A stretch of 64,000 nucleotides of DNA from Patescibacteria group bacterium UBA6017 (GCA_002429485.1 DIZX01000015.1:21363-85362), one strand, 5' to 3'. Numbered from the stretch's first letter, positions 18,022-28,315 are shown. Program-made: numbers and translations. Notes: generated by a model from the letters alone, not told the origin.

Positions 18022-20067
18022 GTGTCTGACCTGATTTCTCGCACAGCCAGACTCGTCCCCTACGCTAAGCGGCCGAAGAGCATAGCCAGCTTCGTGACGG
18101 CGTACATGTATGAACCCGCCGCGGACGAAGCGGGAGCTCAGATAGGTAATCTTTATGTAGCCGTAGAAGTCCTCGTATCTGGCCGGGCCAGCGAGGAGGT
18201 CGTAGATCTGGTCATCCAGACCGTCGGCGAAAAATACTACAACGACCCCAGCGACGAGGCGGATCCCCTCGCCCGGTTCGAGGGTGCAATCAAACAAACC
18301 AATCATGAACTCTCGGAGTACGTCGGTCGCGGCAATGCGGCTTGGATCGGCAAACTCAGCGCTATCATCGCCGTCCACGCCGGCAAAGAGCTGCACGTGG
18401 CCCAAACCGGCTCCGCCGAGGCCTTCCTGTACCGCGGCAAGGCCGTATCGCGCATCAGCCTCAGCGACACGGCTCGCCCCGCGACGCCATCCAAAACCTT
18501 CGGCTCCATCGCTACCGGAGAGCTCGAGGCCGGAGACAAACTCCTGCTTGCTACCCCGGCCCTAATCCACCAGGTTCCCCTGCTCAAACTTCAGAGTGTT
18601 ATCTCCACCACCAGCCCGAATGCTGCAATAGCCGAGATTAGCCAGCTTCTCGAAGGCGCCATTACCAATCGTATCGCCGCAATCGTAGTTGAAATCACTA
18701 CACCTGAGCTTGCAGCAATCAAGGTGCGCTCCGATGAGCCCGACGAAATCGAACTCGGAAACAATGAAAACCTAGCCGAAACCGCCATCAAGGCTGCAGC
18801 CCCGCTAGCCCAGCACGCGGCTAAAAAATCCAAAGAAGCCGCCCAGGCCACCTTAGGCTTCTGGCACCGGCTTCGGCCCCTAATGCGCAGCGGCAGCCTC
18901 AAGCTTGTTGATCTGATTCGCCAAAGGCTAACCACAAAAAAAGGCCGCCAGCTCAGCGCGCTAACTCTAGTCGGAGTCGTCGCAATTTCAGGTCTGATCT
19001 TGTGGTATTCCGGAGCCAACGCCTCCGGCGCCAAACAATTCACCCAATACCAGAACCTCTTCCGGGACTACACCCGCGCTCAAACTCTGGCGACTAGCGG
19101 CAATAAAACCGGCGGGCGGGCCGCCCTGGAGGCAGTCCAAGCCAAACTGCCCGGCATCGCCGCCAACGAGTCCGGCATCAATCATCAACTGAAGAATAAC
19201 CCTCTATATGAAGGTGAGCCCACATCCGTTGCCGAATTCAAAACCTTAGTGGCCGATCAGATCGATCAACTCGATGGCCTGGTGAAGATTGCCCCCATGA
19301 CAGTCGCCCAGATTGGCGCCAGAAATTCCCACCCGACTCATCTCGAATCCGACGGAACCCACGCTTACGTCTTGGATGCAGCAAATCACAATGCCATCTC
19401 CATCATCAATCTCCAGACCGGTGATCAAAAAGATTCAACAGCCAATACAGCCATATTAGGTGATGTAGCAGCAACAACGTTATCCTCTGCCAAGGACGGC
19501 ATATTTATTTTAACTTCCAAACCATCCGTCTGGTTTTACCGCTACAACAGCGATTCACTTACGGAGCAAACTTTGGCTTATGGGCAATGGCCAAAAGCGT
19601 CAGCAATCGCTTCGTACGGCTCAAATCTCTACTTACTAGGCAGCACCACTATCTACAAGAACGTTCATAATGCCACCGGTTATTCACCTAGTACTGATTA
19701 CATTTCTACAACAGTTTCATCCAAGAATTCATCGGGCTTAGCCGTTGATGGCTGGATATACCTTTCGTCCGATTCCGGCCTTCAGCGTTTCCTCGGCCCC
19801 ATCCTCAAGCAGACTCTGCCCATCCCTGCTTCGCTCGGACACATCACCAATCTGCGCTCCGTCGCCGGCGGCGACTTCGTGATCGGTACCAGTACTGGAA
19901 GCGGGCGCATCGCCATTTGGAATGCCGGCACCGACCAAGTATCTTTCACCAAACAAGTCGCCCTATCTGACACCAAAAAACTCTATGACGCCGTATATGA
20001 GCAGAAACTCGGCAAGGTATTTGCCACCGTCGACAACCGACTCGTCAGCTTTAATCTAAAACCCTAA
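18022..20067 (+). CDS. Membrane protein with N-terminal PP2C-like phosphatase-like domain, one TM helix and a C-terminal beta-propeller-like repeat region
   Basis: N-terminus resembles degenerate PP2C (LYVAVEVLVSGRASEEVVDLVIQ; GSAEAFLYRGKAVSRISLSD). TM at about aa 305-325. C-terminus has YVTN/NHL-like repeats (YVLDAANHNAISIINLQTG). Confidence 0.45.
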   Translation: MSDLISRTARLVPYAKRPKSIASFVTAYMYEPAADEAGAQIGNLYVAVEVLVSGRASEEVVDLVIQTVGEKYYNDPSDEADPLARFEGAIKQTNHELSEYVGRGNAAWIGKLSAIIAVHAGKELHVAQTGSAEAFLYRGKAVSRISLSDTARPATPSKTFGSIATGELEAGDKLLLATPALIHQVPLLKLQSVISTTSPNAAIAEISQLLEGAITNRIAAIVVEITTPELAAIKVRSDEPDEIELGNNENLAETAIKAAAPLAQHAAKKSKEAAQATLGFWHRLRPLMRSGSLKLVDLIRQRLTTKKGRQLSALTLVGVVAISGLILWYSGANASGAKQFTQYQNLFRDYTRAQTLATSGNKTGGRAALEAVQAKLPGIAANESGINHQLKNNPLYEGEPTSVAEFKTLVADQIDQLDGLVKIAPMTVAQIGARNSHPTHLESDGTHAYVLDAANHNAISIINLQTGDQKDSTANTAILGDVAATTLSSAKDGIFILTSKPSVWFYRYNSDSLTEQTLAYGQWPKASAIASYGSNLYLLGSTTIYKNVHNATGYSPSTDYISTTVSSKNSSGLAVDGWIYLSSDSGLQRFLGPILKQTLPIPASLGHITNLRSVAGGDFVIGTSTGSGRIAIWNAGTDQVSFTKQVALSDTKKLYDAVYEQKLGKVFATVDNRLVSFNLKP

Positions 20068-20080
20068 GTGTCGCGCAATA

Positions 20081-21892
20081 TTAGAGCCGGTCGGGAGCTT
20101 CAATCCCGAGAATGCTCAGCCCTGCGCTCAGCACATCGGCGTATAACGTCACCAGCCGTAACCGCTCAGCTTCGCGTACATCACCGATCACCCGACTCCC
20201 CTCATAAAACCGATTGAATATCTGAGCCAATTCATACAAGTACGTGGCGATATAATGCGGCATCAATTCATCCACTGAGCGCTCCACCACGTCGACGTAT
20301 TCAGAAATCTTTAATGCCAGCACCCTCTCCTGTTTGTCCAGGTCATCCAGCTTCGCATCGGGAATTTTCCCAGCCTTAGCCAAAATACTTCTAGCCCTAG
20401 CGTGGGCATACTGCAGATACGGTCCGCTGTTGCCATCCAGGCTCACCGACTCCTCCGGGATAAACACCAAATCGGCGCCAATCCGCTGCTTCAAGAAGCT
20501 ATACTTCACCGCGCCCAGCACCACCCGTTCGTCGTCATGGCCGTTAGCCGCTTTATTGGCCGCACCCGCCAATTCGAGAACGTCGACCGCCCGCAAAAAG
20601 TTGCCCTTGCGCGAACTCATCTTTTCGTTGCCCGCCAGCTTCACGTTTCCATGCGTCAGGTGAACGGTGCGCGCCACCAGCTCCGGCTCGAACTGTTCCA
20701 CGCTCTTGAGCACCACCTTCATATATTCAATAATATCGTTGCCCGTGATCACCACCGAACGATCGAAATGATAATCCCGCCACTTCGTCATCAATAATCC
20801 GGTGTCTTTGGCCTCATACGTCGGCAATCCCTGAGACGTTATGAATACCCGGGTATGCAGACCGTAAGGCTCCCCCTCAAATACCACCGCTCCGGCGCTG
20901 TCCTTATACACCCCCAGCTTCTGCTGCTTACGCACGGTCGCCAGCCCCAACGGTGCCACCTCACTCTCCGGGTAGTATTTCTCGAATTTGGTACCTATCC
21001 GTGCATAGAAGGCATCGAAGTATCCGTAGCTCCATTTGCGGCACAGGCGATAAATGGCCTCAATATCGGCCACCGGCAGACCTTTATAGGTATCGACGGA
21101 TTCAGGCTCCAAGCTCCAAACTTCATAGATAATTCGGTTCAATTGCAGGATATCTAGCTTCGGCTGCGGATCGTGCCCTTCTTCGGATGCCTCCTCGTAA
21201 GCCCGCGTGCCAGCCACGTAGGCCTTGGCCATCCAATCAGACCTCTCCGCTTCCGGAATATCGTCCAAGGCTTCCGCCCCGCCCGCACCCAGCTCCGCCA
21301 AAATCGCCCACATAGTCTTGGCCACATGCAGACCCACATCTCCGCCGAAGTTCACCCGATGGACCGTTCCCCCTGCCGTTTCGATCAAGTTGGCAATCGC
21401 ATCCCCGACGACGCTCGTATATAGGTGCCCCACGTGCAGCACCTTAAACGGATTAGGATCAGAATACTCAGCAACCACCGTCTTCCCGGCATATTGTTCC
21501 GGCTTGCGTGTCGTGGCCGCCTGCGCGCTCTTGGCCACCGCCCGGTTGCTGAGCGTAATATTGATAAATCCCGGACCGGCCACTTCGACGCTCTCGATAT
21601 CAGTACTGGCGGCTTTGATTGCCCCGGCCAATTCCTCTGCCGCCTCCCGCGGTGATCGCCCCAGGTCTTTGGCGTATACCATGGCGGCATTTGTCGCGTA
21701 GTCACCATGCTTTGAGTCAGCCGTCAGGCTCACATTTAGCCGGCCTGCATCCAGCTCCGGGCCGAATGTATCGGCTACAATCTTGGCAATCAGTTTTTCG
21801 AGTTGATTGAGTGTCATATTGAGCCCGATTATATCAGCCTCACGCTTGAACTCATAACCAGTTATAATAAGGCCCATGAAAGTCTTAGCCAA
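20081..21892 (-). CDS. argS: Arginine--tRNA ligase
   Basis: Class I HVGH motif, C-terminal DALR anticodon-binding region (YIATYLYELAQIFNRFYE). Start probably the internal Met at 21817 (MTLNQLEKL) because the longest ORF overlaps smpB. Confidence 0.9.
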   Translation of the reverse strand: MAKTFMGLIITGYEFKREADIIGLNMTLNQLEKLIAKIVADTFGPELDAGRLNVSLTADSKHGDYATNAAMVYAKDLGRSPREAAEELAGAIKAASTDIESVEVAGPGFINITLSNRAVAKSAQAATTRKPEQYAGKTVVAEYSDPNPFKVLHVGHLYTSVVGDAIANLIETAGGTVHRVNFGGDVGLHVAKTMWAILAELGAGGAEALDDIPEAERSDWMAKAYVAGTRAYEEASEEGHDPQPKLDILQLNRIIYEVWSLEPESVDTYKGLPVADIEAIYRLCRKWSYGYFDAFYARIGTKFEKYYPESEVAPLGLATVRKQQKLGVYKDSAGAVVFEGEPYGLHTRVFITSQGLPTYEAKDTGLLMTKWRDYHFDRSVVITGNDIIEYMKVVLKSVEQFEPELVARTVHLTHGNVKLAGNEKMSSRKGNFLRAVDVLELAGAANKAANGHDDERVVLGAVKYSFLKQRIGADLVFIPEESVSLDGNSGPYLQYAHARARSILAKAGKIPDAKLDDLDKQERVLALKISEYVDVVERSVDELMPHYIATYLYELAQIFNRFYEGSRVIGDVREAERLRLVTLYADVLSAGLSILGIEAPDRL

Positions 21893-22316
21893 AAACCGAC
21901 GCGCCAGTTTCGACTACGAGCTCACCGAGCATCTTGTAGCCGGTTTAGTGCTGACCGGCGACGAAGTCAAAAGCCTCAAGTCCGGCTTCGGCAGTCTCAA
22001 GGGCTCGTTCATCTCGCTGCGAGATAACGAAGCCTACCTCACAGCCGCCCACATCACCCCGTACTCTCACGCTTCGGACAAAGCCGGCATCGACCCCACC
22101 CGCAATCGCAAGCTCCTGCTGCACCGACGCCAAATTGATAGCCTTATCGAACACAAGCAAGCGGGCCTCAGTGTGGTCCCCACTGCCCTGCTTTTGGGTG
22201 GCTCTTTGATCAAGATTGAAATCGGTATCGGGCGGGGCAAAAAACGCTACGATAAACGCGAAACCATGAAGCGCCGCGACACCGAAAGAGACATCGCCAG
22301 ACAGTTAAAGCGCTAA
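21876..22316 (+). CDS. smpB: SsrA-binding protein SmpB
   Basis: Full-length SmpB: FDYELTEHLVAGLVLTGDEVKSLK ... KLLLHRRQIDSLI ... GRGKKRYDKRE. Confidence 0.9.
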   Translation: MKVLAKNRRASFDYELTEHLVAGLVLTGDEVKSLKSGFGSLKGSFISLRDNEAYLTAAHITPYSHASDKAGIDPTRNRKLLLHRRQIDSLIEHKQAGLSVVPTALLLGGSLIKIEIGIGRGKKRYDKRETMKRRDTERDIARQLKR

Positions 22317-22430
22317 TGCTTAGAAATAGGTGCACAACTTGCTTGACGGGGTAAAACCTAAGCGTTAATCTATTTATAGGTACCTGCACAAAAAAAGTAC
22401 TCAAAACAAAAAACAACAAACTCTCGTCCA

Positions 22431-22457
22431 GAAACGGCTCTGCAAAGGGCCGTTTCT
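22431..22457. terminator. Bidirectional intrinsic terminator between smpB and the convergent downstream gene
   Basis: Hairpin GAAACGGCTCtgcaaaGGGCCGTTTC flanked by A/T runs. Confidence 0.5.
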
Positions 22458-23357
22458 CTATTTAGCCGGCGACTCAGTGTCAGTTATCGTTTGCGAGTCT
22501 AAACTTTTCGACAATGCGTTGTATTCATCCACCGCCACCTGGTAGCTTCCAATATTGGTGTTAATCTGATCTACTAACTTATTTTGCTGTGGCACTAGAG
22601 CGTTATATGCCTGGATTTGTCCGCCCGCTCGATAGCCGTCAAGCTCATGATTCATCAAGCTTAACCGGGCCTTCTCGGATCGGATCTTACTCAGCTCCGT
22701 TTCCAACTCTATCCGCCTGGTTTCAAAGACTGCCTTATACGCGTTGTGAGCACTCACGATCTGGCCCCGGTTCGGGAACAGTTTAGCGTAATGCGCTTCG
22801 AGTACCGGCGATAGATTGGCGTATTCGGTTCCCAAAATTGAATGAAGTTCGTTGGCCTGCTCTCCGGGCTCGGATACCGCGTAGCTGGCCATCCTGTCGC
22901 GCAGGTCAGCGTCTGCGACCAGCCCGTACACTCGTTCCAGCTCATTACTCAGCGTAGCGCGCTCAACCGCACTCAGCTTGTCCCACTGAGCGTGGAGCAG
23001 CTCATGGGCGCTCACCACGTCCATTTCGGGGGCCAAGCTGGCATTATCAATGTGCAACACATATATTCGACCGTGATAGTAGCAGCCCAACTCGAGCTCG
23101 TGAGGGCGGGTATCGCAATCAGTGTTAAAACTCGTTTTACTGTCGAATGCTGGATTCGAGCGATACAGCGTCGCCCGCGCCGATGCGCTGAGGCCGATGC
23201 GCGACTCAAAACCCATCAACTCGGCACCGGGCTTATACGTCGACAGCGCGTAGTAATCCATAAGCCCCTCGTAATTGAGGGCACCGATTGCCAACAATCC
23301 GATAAACCCAAGCGAGATTAAGGTTCCTCCCCCCAAGATGTTTGAGCGTGGTTGCAT
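22458..23357 (-). CDS. Membrane-anchored hypothetical protein with HExxH-like motif (SAHELLHAQW) and C-terminal coiled coil
   Basis: N-terminal TM helix, possible zinc-metalloprotease motif, coiled-coil tail. No confident family. Confidence 0.3.
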   Translation of the reverse strand: MQPRSNILGGGTLISLGFIGLLAIGALNYEGLMDYYALSTYKPGAELMGFESRIGLSASARATLYRSNPAFDSKTSFNTDCDTRPHELELGCYYHGRIYVLHIDNASLAPEMDVVSAHELLHAQWDKLSAVERATLSNELERVYGLVADADLRDRMASYAVSEPGEQANELHSILGTEYANLSPVLEAHYAKLFPNRGQIVSAHNAYKAVFETRRIELETELSKIRSEKARLSLMNHELDGYRAGGQIQAYNALVPQQNKLVDQINTNIGSYQVAVDEYNALSKSLDSQTITDTESPAK

Positions 23358-23482
23358 GATTGCCTCACTTTACCCTTTCGGCCGTCTCACGCACAAGCCC
23401 ACAACTCAAACCGCCCGTGCTTGCAATCTCCCCCATTACAGATAAGATAACCAATTGATTTTTTCACTTTAATGCCTCCCTA

Positions 23483-24181
23483 ATGAGGGCCCAAGCGAGC
23501 ACCATGCTTCTCATCCGCAAACCACTGTCCGCCTATCTAGTGCAGCCCAGCACCAACCCTCACTTTTTACAGTCATGGGCTGGCTTTCAAACGAAATTCA
23601 TCGACATTAGGCGGCACAATCCCAACCTGCTCAAGCGCGCTGCCGCAGCGATGCTGATTTGGTGCGTCAGTATTGGCACATTGCAGGCCGTCTACGACCT
23701 TGGGAGAGGTAAACCCATCTCTTACTGGGCTCACGCCAATTCCAGCCTCTCAGCGGCCGCCACAGCGACTACCGTGAATACCCCCTCGCTCGCAACGGCC
23801 GTACACGCCGCAATATTACCGAGCGGTCCCAGCGGCCAACTTCTTCCCCCCGGCAGCATGGCCCCAGATCGCACCTACGCAAATTCCTACGCCTCGGGCC
23901 AATGTACCTGGTACGTCGCCGGCCGCCGCCAAATTCCCCCTCATTGGGGTAATGCTGCCTCGTGGTATTACCACGCCACCTCGCTCGGCTGGAGCGTCGG
24001 CACCGTGCCGGCCGTGGCGGCCGTGGCTTGGACTTCGGCAGGATTCTATGGTCACGTCGCTCTCGTGGAGCAAGTTTCGGCCAACGGCTCCATGGTTTAC
24101 GTTTCCGAGATGAACTACCGCGGCGTTGGCGTCAAAAGCACTCGCTGGGTATCTTCCAAGCAATTCAAATACATCTACTAA
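23483..24181 (+). CDS. Secreted CHAP-domain peptidoglycan amidase/peptidase
   Basis: CHAP signature GQCTWYVAGRR ... GHVALVEQVSANGSMVYVSEMN. N-terminal hydrophobic segment. Exact start uncertain. Confidence 0.75.
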   Translation: MRAQASTMLLIRKPLSAYLVQPSTNPHFLQSWAGFQTKFIDIRRHNPNLLKRAAAAMLIWCVSIGTLQAVYDLGRGKPISYWAHANSSLSAAATATTVNTPSLATAVHAAILPSGPSGQLLPPGSMAPDRTYANSYASGQCTWYVAGRRQIPPHWGNAASWYYHATSLGWSVGTVPAVAAVAWTSAGFYGHVALVEQVSANGSMVYVSEMNYRGVGVKSTRWVSSKQFKYIY

Positions 24182-24209
24182 GCCCTTCGGCTTCTGCTAA
24201 AATACCCGC

Positions 24210-25607
24210 ATGAAACTATTATGGCGCTATCCGGAATTATTTTTGCTCACCGCTATTGCCGTCCTCACCCGATGCTGGTCATTATTCACCCCCGCCGCCG
24301 TCGTTTTCGATGAAGTCTACTTCAAGGTCTACGCGGGCGACTACTTAACCGGCTCCTACTACTTCGATCCCCACCCGCCGTTGGGCAAACTCCTGCTCGC
24401 CGCCTGGGCCTGGATAACCCATCAAGATCCCGCCACCCTCACCGGCGGCGACCCGGCCGTAGTCTTGCGCGTACTGCCGGCGATTGCCGGTGCCCTGATC
24501 ATTCCTGTCTTCTACTTGTTTCTGCGTCAACTAGGGGCCTCCCGCCGCGTCTCCACCCTCGGGGCCGCCGTGCTCCTGCTCGACAATGCCCTATTGGTAG
24601 AATCACGTTTTATTCTGATCGACAGCATGCTGATATTATTCGGCCTGGCCGCTGTCACCTGCTTTTTGGCCGCCCGGCGTCACAGTGGCCGACTAAGATT
24701 CAGCCTCATCGCCGCCAGCGCCCTCCTGGCCGGACTTGCCGCCAGCACAAAATGGACCGGACTCACCGCACTGGGCCTTATCGGACTCATCTGGCTCACC
24801 GATCAATTACGCCGCCGCCATCACATCTCCTGGCGGACTCGCATTCTGGAAGTATTTACCCTAATTCTCATCCCCATACTCACCTATCTGACCGTCTTCT
24901 GGATTCATTTCGGGCTGCTGCACCACAGCGGGCAAGGTGACGCCTTTATGTCGACCCGTTTTCAATCCACGCTCATCGGCAATGCCAGCTACGACCCGTC
25001 CGTTCATATGAGCTTCTGGGATAAATTCATTGATCTCAACCACGCCATGAGCGCCTCAGAGGAAGGCCTCAAAACCGCCACCCACCCCTACGGCTCCAAA
25101 TGGACCAGCTGGCCGCTCATGACACGCTCAGTCTACTATTGGCAGGGCGACACCGCCGCCAACGGCACTCAGGGCAATATCTACCTGCTCGGCAATCCCG
25201 TGATCTGGTGGGGAATCCTCGTCATCATCGCTGCCGGCGCTAGCGTGTCATCTAAGTCTCTGCAGCGGTTGCGGCCGTACCGTTTCGCGCTTGTCTTTCT
25301 GGCCATCGGCTACGCCATGAATTTTTTCCCCTTCAGCCGGATCGTCAGGGTCATGTTTCTGTATCACTATCTGTTCGCCTTCATCTACAGCCTGGCTTTT
25401 ACCGTCATCTTCCTCGGAGCGCTGGCAGACTGGATGGACGACTCGATGTCTTTCTGGACGTTCTCCAGCCGCACCTCGCGCAATCTCTATATCGGGGTTC
25501 TGGCGGCAACCGTAATCGGTTTTATCTACTTTGCGCCGCTCAGCTACGGTGTACCGCTCACACCAGGAGAATTGGCTGGCCACATGTGGCTGCCCACCTG
25601 GCGCTAA
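24210..25607 (+). CDS. Protein O-mannosyltransferase (PMT/GT39 family, GT-C fold)
   Basis: N-terminal loop motif FDEVYFKVYAGDY...DPHPPLGKLLLA typical of Pmt/GT39. About 10 TM helices. Confidence 0.75.
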   Translation: MKLLWRYPELFLLTAIAVLTRCWSLFTPAAVVFDEVYFKVYAGDYLTGSYYFDPHPPLGKLLLAAWAWITHQDPATLTGGDPAVVLRVLPAIAGALIIPVFYLFLRQLGASRRVSTLGAAVLLLDNALLVESRFILIDSMLILFGLAAVTCFLAARRHSGRLRFSLIAASALLAGLAASTKWTGLTALGLIGLIWLTDQLRRRHHISWRTRILEVFTLILIPILTYLTVFWIHFGLLHHSGQGDAFMSTRFQSTLIGNASYDPSVHMSFWDKFIDLNHAMSASEEGLKTATHPYGSKWTSWPLMTRSVYYWQGDTAANGTQGNIYLLGNPVIWWGILVIIAAGASVSSKSLQRLRPYRFALVFLAIGYAMNFFPFSRIVRVMFLYHYLFAFIYSLAFTVIFLGALADWMDDSMSFWTFSSRTSRNLYIGVLAATVIGFIYFAPLSYGVPLTPGELAGHMWLPTWR

Positions 25608-25617
25608 TTACGCCAAA

Positions 25618-26334
25618 TTAGCCTTCGTTTCTACGTAAATTTATCAGTTCTTTAATGGCTCGCGCGATCACGCTCGGGCGCGCGCCGGACGGAGCACCGC
25701 CCCGTCTCGCATAATGCTCCACCGCCACCTCTTCCCACTTGCACCCCGAGGCGCGAAGCTTCATGAGCAGCTCAGCCGAAATCACGGCACCCCGGGCTTG
25801 CAGCGGGCGCAATCCCCGAACCCGCTCAGTTCGAAACAGTTTAAATCCGCAATCTAGGTCACGCACATCCAAGCCCAAAATCACTCGCACCGCGCGTCCC
25901 CACGCCCACGCATTCAGGCGTCGGCCCAGATGATCATGCCTCCGGCGCCGATAACCCAGAACCGCGTCAACCCGCCCGGACGGATCGATAAACCGATCAA
26001 TGTCCCCGAGGTCAAACTGCCCATCCGCATCGGTATAACACACCCATCGATACTTCGCTGCCTCAAACCCGCTCACCAACGCCGCCCCGTACCCGAGATT
26101 GTGCGGATGATGCACCACCTTCACATGCTTGTCTAGGCGGGCGTAATCATCGGCAATTGCAGCCGTACCGTCCGTACTACCATCGTCCACCACAATTACC
26201 TCATAGCTCTCCAGATCCAGCGACTCGAGCACCGACAATGCATGCTCAATAACCCCCGGCAGCGCCTGCACCTCATCGAATACAGGGAAAAAGACACTTA
26301 AGCTTACCCAAGGTGTTTTCATATGGCTAAGCAT
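25618..26334 (-). CDS. GT2 polyprenol-phosphate sugar synthase (Ppm1/DPM1-like)
   Basis: GT-A fold with VIVVDDGSTDGT and YTDADGQFD (DxD) motifs. Length and motifs match dolichyl/polyprenyl-phosphate mannose or glucose synthases. Confidence 0.75.
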   Translation of the reverse strand: MLSHMKTPWVSLSVFFPVFDEVQALPGVIEHALSVLESLDLESYEVIVVDDGSTDGTAAIADDYARLDKHVKVVHHPHNLGYGAALVSGFEAAKYRWVCYTDADGQFDLGDIDRFIDPSGRVDAVLGYRRRRHDHLGRRLNAWAWGRAVRVILGLDVRDLDCGFKLFRTERVRGLRPLQARGAVISAELLMKLRASGCKWEEVAVEHYARRGGAPSGARPSVIARAIKELINLRRNEG

Positions 26335-26388
26335 ATCTTATTTGAGCCTCGTAACCTATAAATACTGCCTGGTGCTAAAATAAACCTC

Positions 26389-28260
26389 ATGATGAGTCTG
26401 ATTTATCTCGCCTCAGCCCTGGCCCTGGGAATTGCTATCACCCGGCGCCTCAAACTTAGCCTGTTGGCGTTCGAAATTCCTGCCCTTAGCATTGCCCTGG
26501 GGCTGCTGCTATGGACCTGGCTGTCGTTCCTCTGCGCCCTGGTGATGCCCTACTATTTGAGCCTGCCGGCCACCGTGGCTTTAGCCGGCGTAGCCAGCAT
26601 TTGGCTATGGCAGACCAGCCACCCCATCCAGATCCGCCGCCTTCCCGGCACCTCCTTGGCCTGGGCAGCCTGGGGCGCGTTTACTACTGCAACTACCGCC
26701 CTCATCGGCTGGCTTATGTGGACGCACGATCTCGTCCCGCACAACGGCGGCCTCTACTCCGCCAACTCCACCTGGGCCGATTTTGGCCTCCATGCCAGCC
26801 TCATCAGCCACTTCGCCGCCGCCAACCGTCTCCCGCTCGATTTCCCCATTGCCGCCGGCGCCCATCTCACCTTCCCCTTCATGATCGACCTGCTCTCAGC
26901 CTGGCTCTTGCGCGGCGGCTGGAGCCTGCAGCTGGCGATATTCATCCCTTCTGTGCTGCTGGTTTGGGCCTTCCTTCAGCTCATCCTCGGATTCGGCGTC
27001 AGGCTGTTTGGGCGCATCGGCGGTGCCATATTCGGACTCACGCTCGCCCTGCTGTGCGGCTCAGCCGTGGGTATCTTCACGGCCGCCGGCGACCTGCAGT
27101 CCAGCGGTCAGAGTCTTAGCGCGTTTCTCGCTCATCTGCCGCAAGACTACACCGCCCTCACCAGGCCCAATGCTCAGCTCACCAACTTCCTCGTCGACAT
27201 CCTGCTTCCCCAACGCGCCTTCCTGATGGGCCTGACTACCTTTGGGGCCGTCCTGATCCTGTTTACCGAGCTGCGCCGCCACCATCGGCGCGGCCTCGCA
27301 ATCTTCACCGGCGGGCTCATCGGGCTGCTGCCGCTGGTCCACGCCCACACCTTCGTAGTCGCAGGAAGCCTGGTAGCCGCCTTCTGGATCGAAGCCGCCT
27401 TCAAACCCAAGCAATTCAAGCCCACCGGCACCTGGCTCACCGTCGGCCTCACCGCCCTACTCGTGGCCGCCCCGCAAATAGCCTGGCAGATCCTAGCCAA
27501 CCAAACCGGCACCGGCGGCCATTTGGCTCTGGGCTGGACGCTTCTGCCCAGTGAATCAATAGTCTCGTTTTGGACGCATAATTACGGCCTCACCGGTCTA
27601 CTGATAGTCGGGGTAGCCGTTCTCGTCTTCACCCGCCACCCGCTCCGCCGCTTCGCCGTCTGGTTTGCTCCAATCTTGGCCGTATTCATCTTCGCCAACG
27701 TCTATTCTCTCCAGCCATTCGCCTACGACAACCTCAAGCTCATCCTCTACGTCTACCTGTTCACCTATATTTTTGCCGGTTATGGCGCTCTTTGGATGAT
27801 TCAGCGAAGCCGCTGGACGGCCCTGCCCATTGCTCTCGTCTGCGTATTAATTACTGCCAGCGGCACTCTCGCTGTAGCCAGGGAGTTCCAGCACCAGGAC
27901 CAATTCGCCAGCCCCGACGATATCGCCCTCGCCGGCTGGGTCACCGGGTCCACTCTGCCCGCCGATGTTTTTCTCACCACCGATCAACCCAATCAGCCGG
28001 TAGCCACGCTCGCCGGGAGGTCAATCGTAGTCGGCTACCGCGGCTGGCTCTACAATTACAATCTCAACTATCAGCCCCGGCTCGATACTGTCGCCTCCGC
28101 CCTACGCGGTGATCTCAACTCAAACAACCCCTACGGGGCCGGCTACCTCGCCGTTAGCAGCTCCGAGCCGCCCGAGTGGATAATTGACCAGTCGCGGCTA
28201 GGCTCCGTATATTCACTTGTTTATTCGAACCCCAGCTGGACAGTCTACCGCCTCCCCTAA
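26389..28260 (+). CDS. Large polytopic membrane protein, putative GT-C type glycosyltransferase
   Basis: 623 aa with about 14 predicted TM helices and a C-terminal soluble domain. Adjacent to Pmt and Ppm1-like genes. No diagnostic motif recognised. Confidence 0.35.
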   Translation: MMSLIYLASALALGIAITRRLKLSLLAFEIPALSIALGLLLWTWLSFLCALVMPYYLSLPATVALAGVASIWLWQTSHPIQIRRLPGTSLAWAAWGAFTTATTALIGWLMWTHDLVPHNGGLYSANSTWADFGLHASLISHFAAANRLPLDFPIAAGAHLTFPFMIDLLSAWLLRGGWSLQLAIFIPSVLLVWAFLQLILGFGVRLFGRIGGAIFGLTLALLCGSAVGIFTAAGDLQSSGQSLSAFLAHLPQDYTALTRPNAQLTNFLVDILLPQRAFLMGLTTFGAVLILFTELRRHHRRGLAIFTGGLIGLLPLVHAHTFVVAGSLVAAFWIEAAFKPKQFKPTGTWLTVGLTALLVAAPQIAWQILANQTGTGGHLALGWTLLPSESIVSFWTHNYGLTGLLIVGVAVLVFTRHPLRRFAVWFAPILAVFIFANVYSLQPFAYDNLKLILYVYLFTYIFAGYGALWMIQRSRWTALPIALVCVLITASGTLAVAREFQHQDQFASPDDIALAGWVTGSTLPADVFLTTDQPNQPVATLAGRSIVVGYRGWLYNYNLNYQPRLDTVASALRGDLNSNNPYGAGYLAVSSSEPPEWIIDQSRLGSVYSLVYSNPSWTVYRLP

Positions 28261-28315
28261 CTTTCAAACGCTCACCCTGTAGACGAATCGAGCAGCAAAA
28301 GTTAACATAAGAGAC

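Noticed and set aside
17941-18405. 154-aa minus-strand ORF overlapping the start of the 681-aa plus-strand gene
   Set aside because: Lies entirely antisense to a longer ORF with recognisable domain organisation. Low-complexity composition. Likely spurious.
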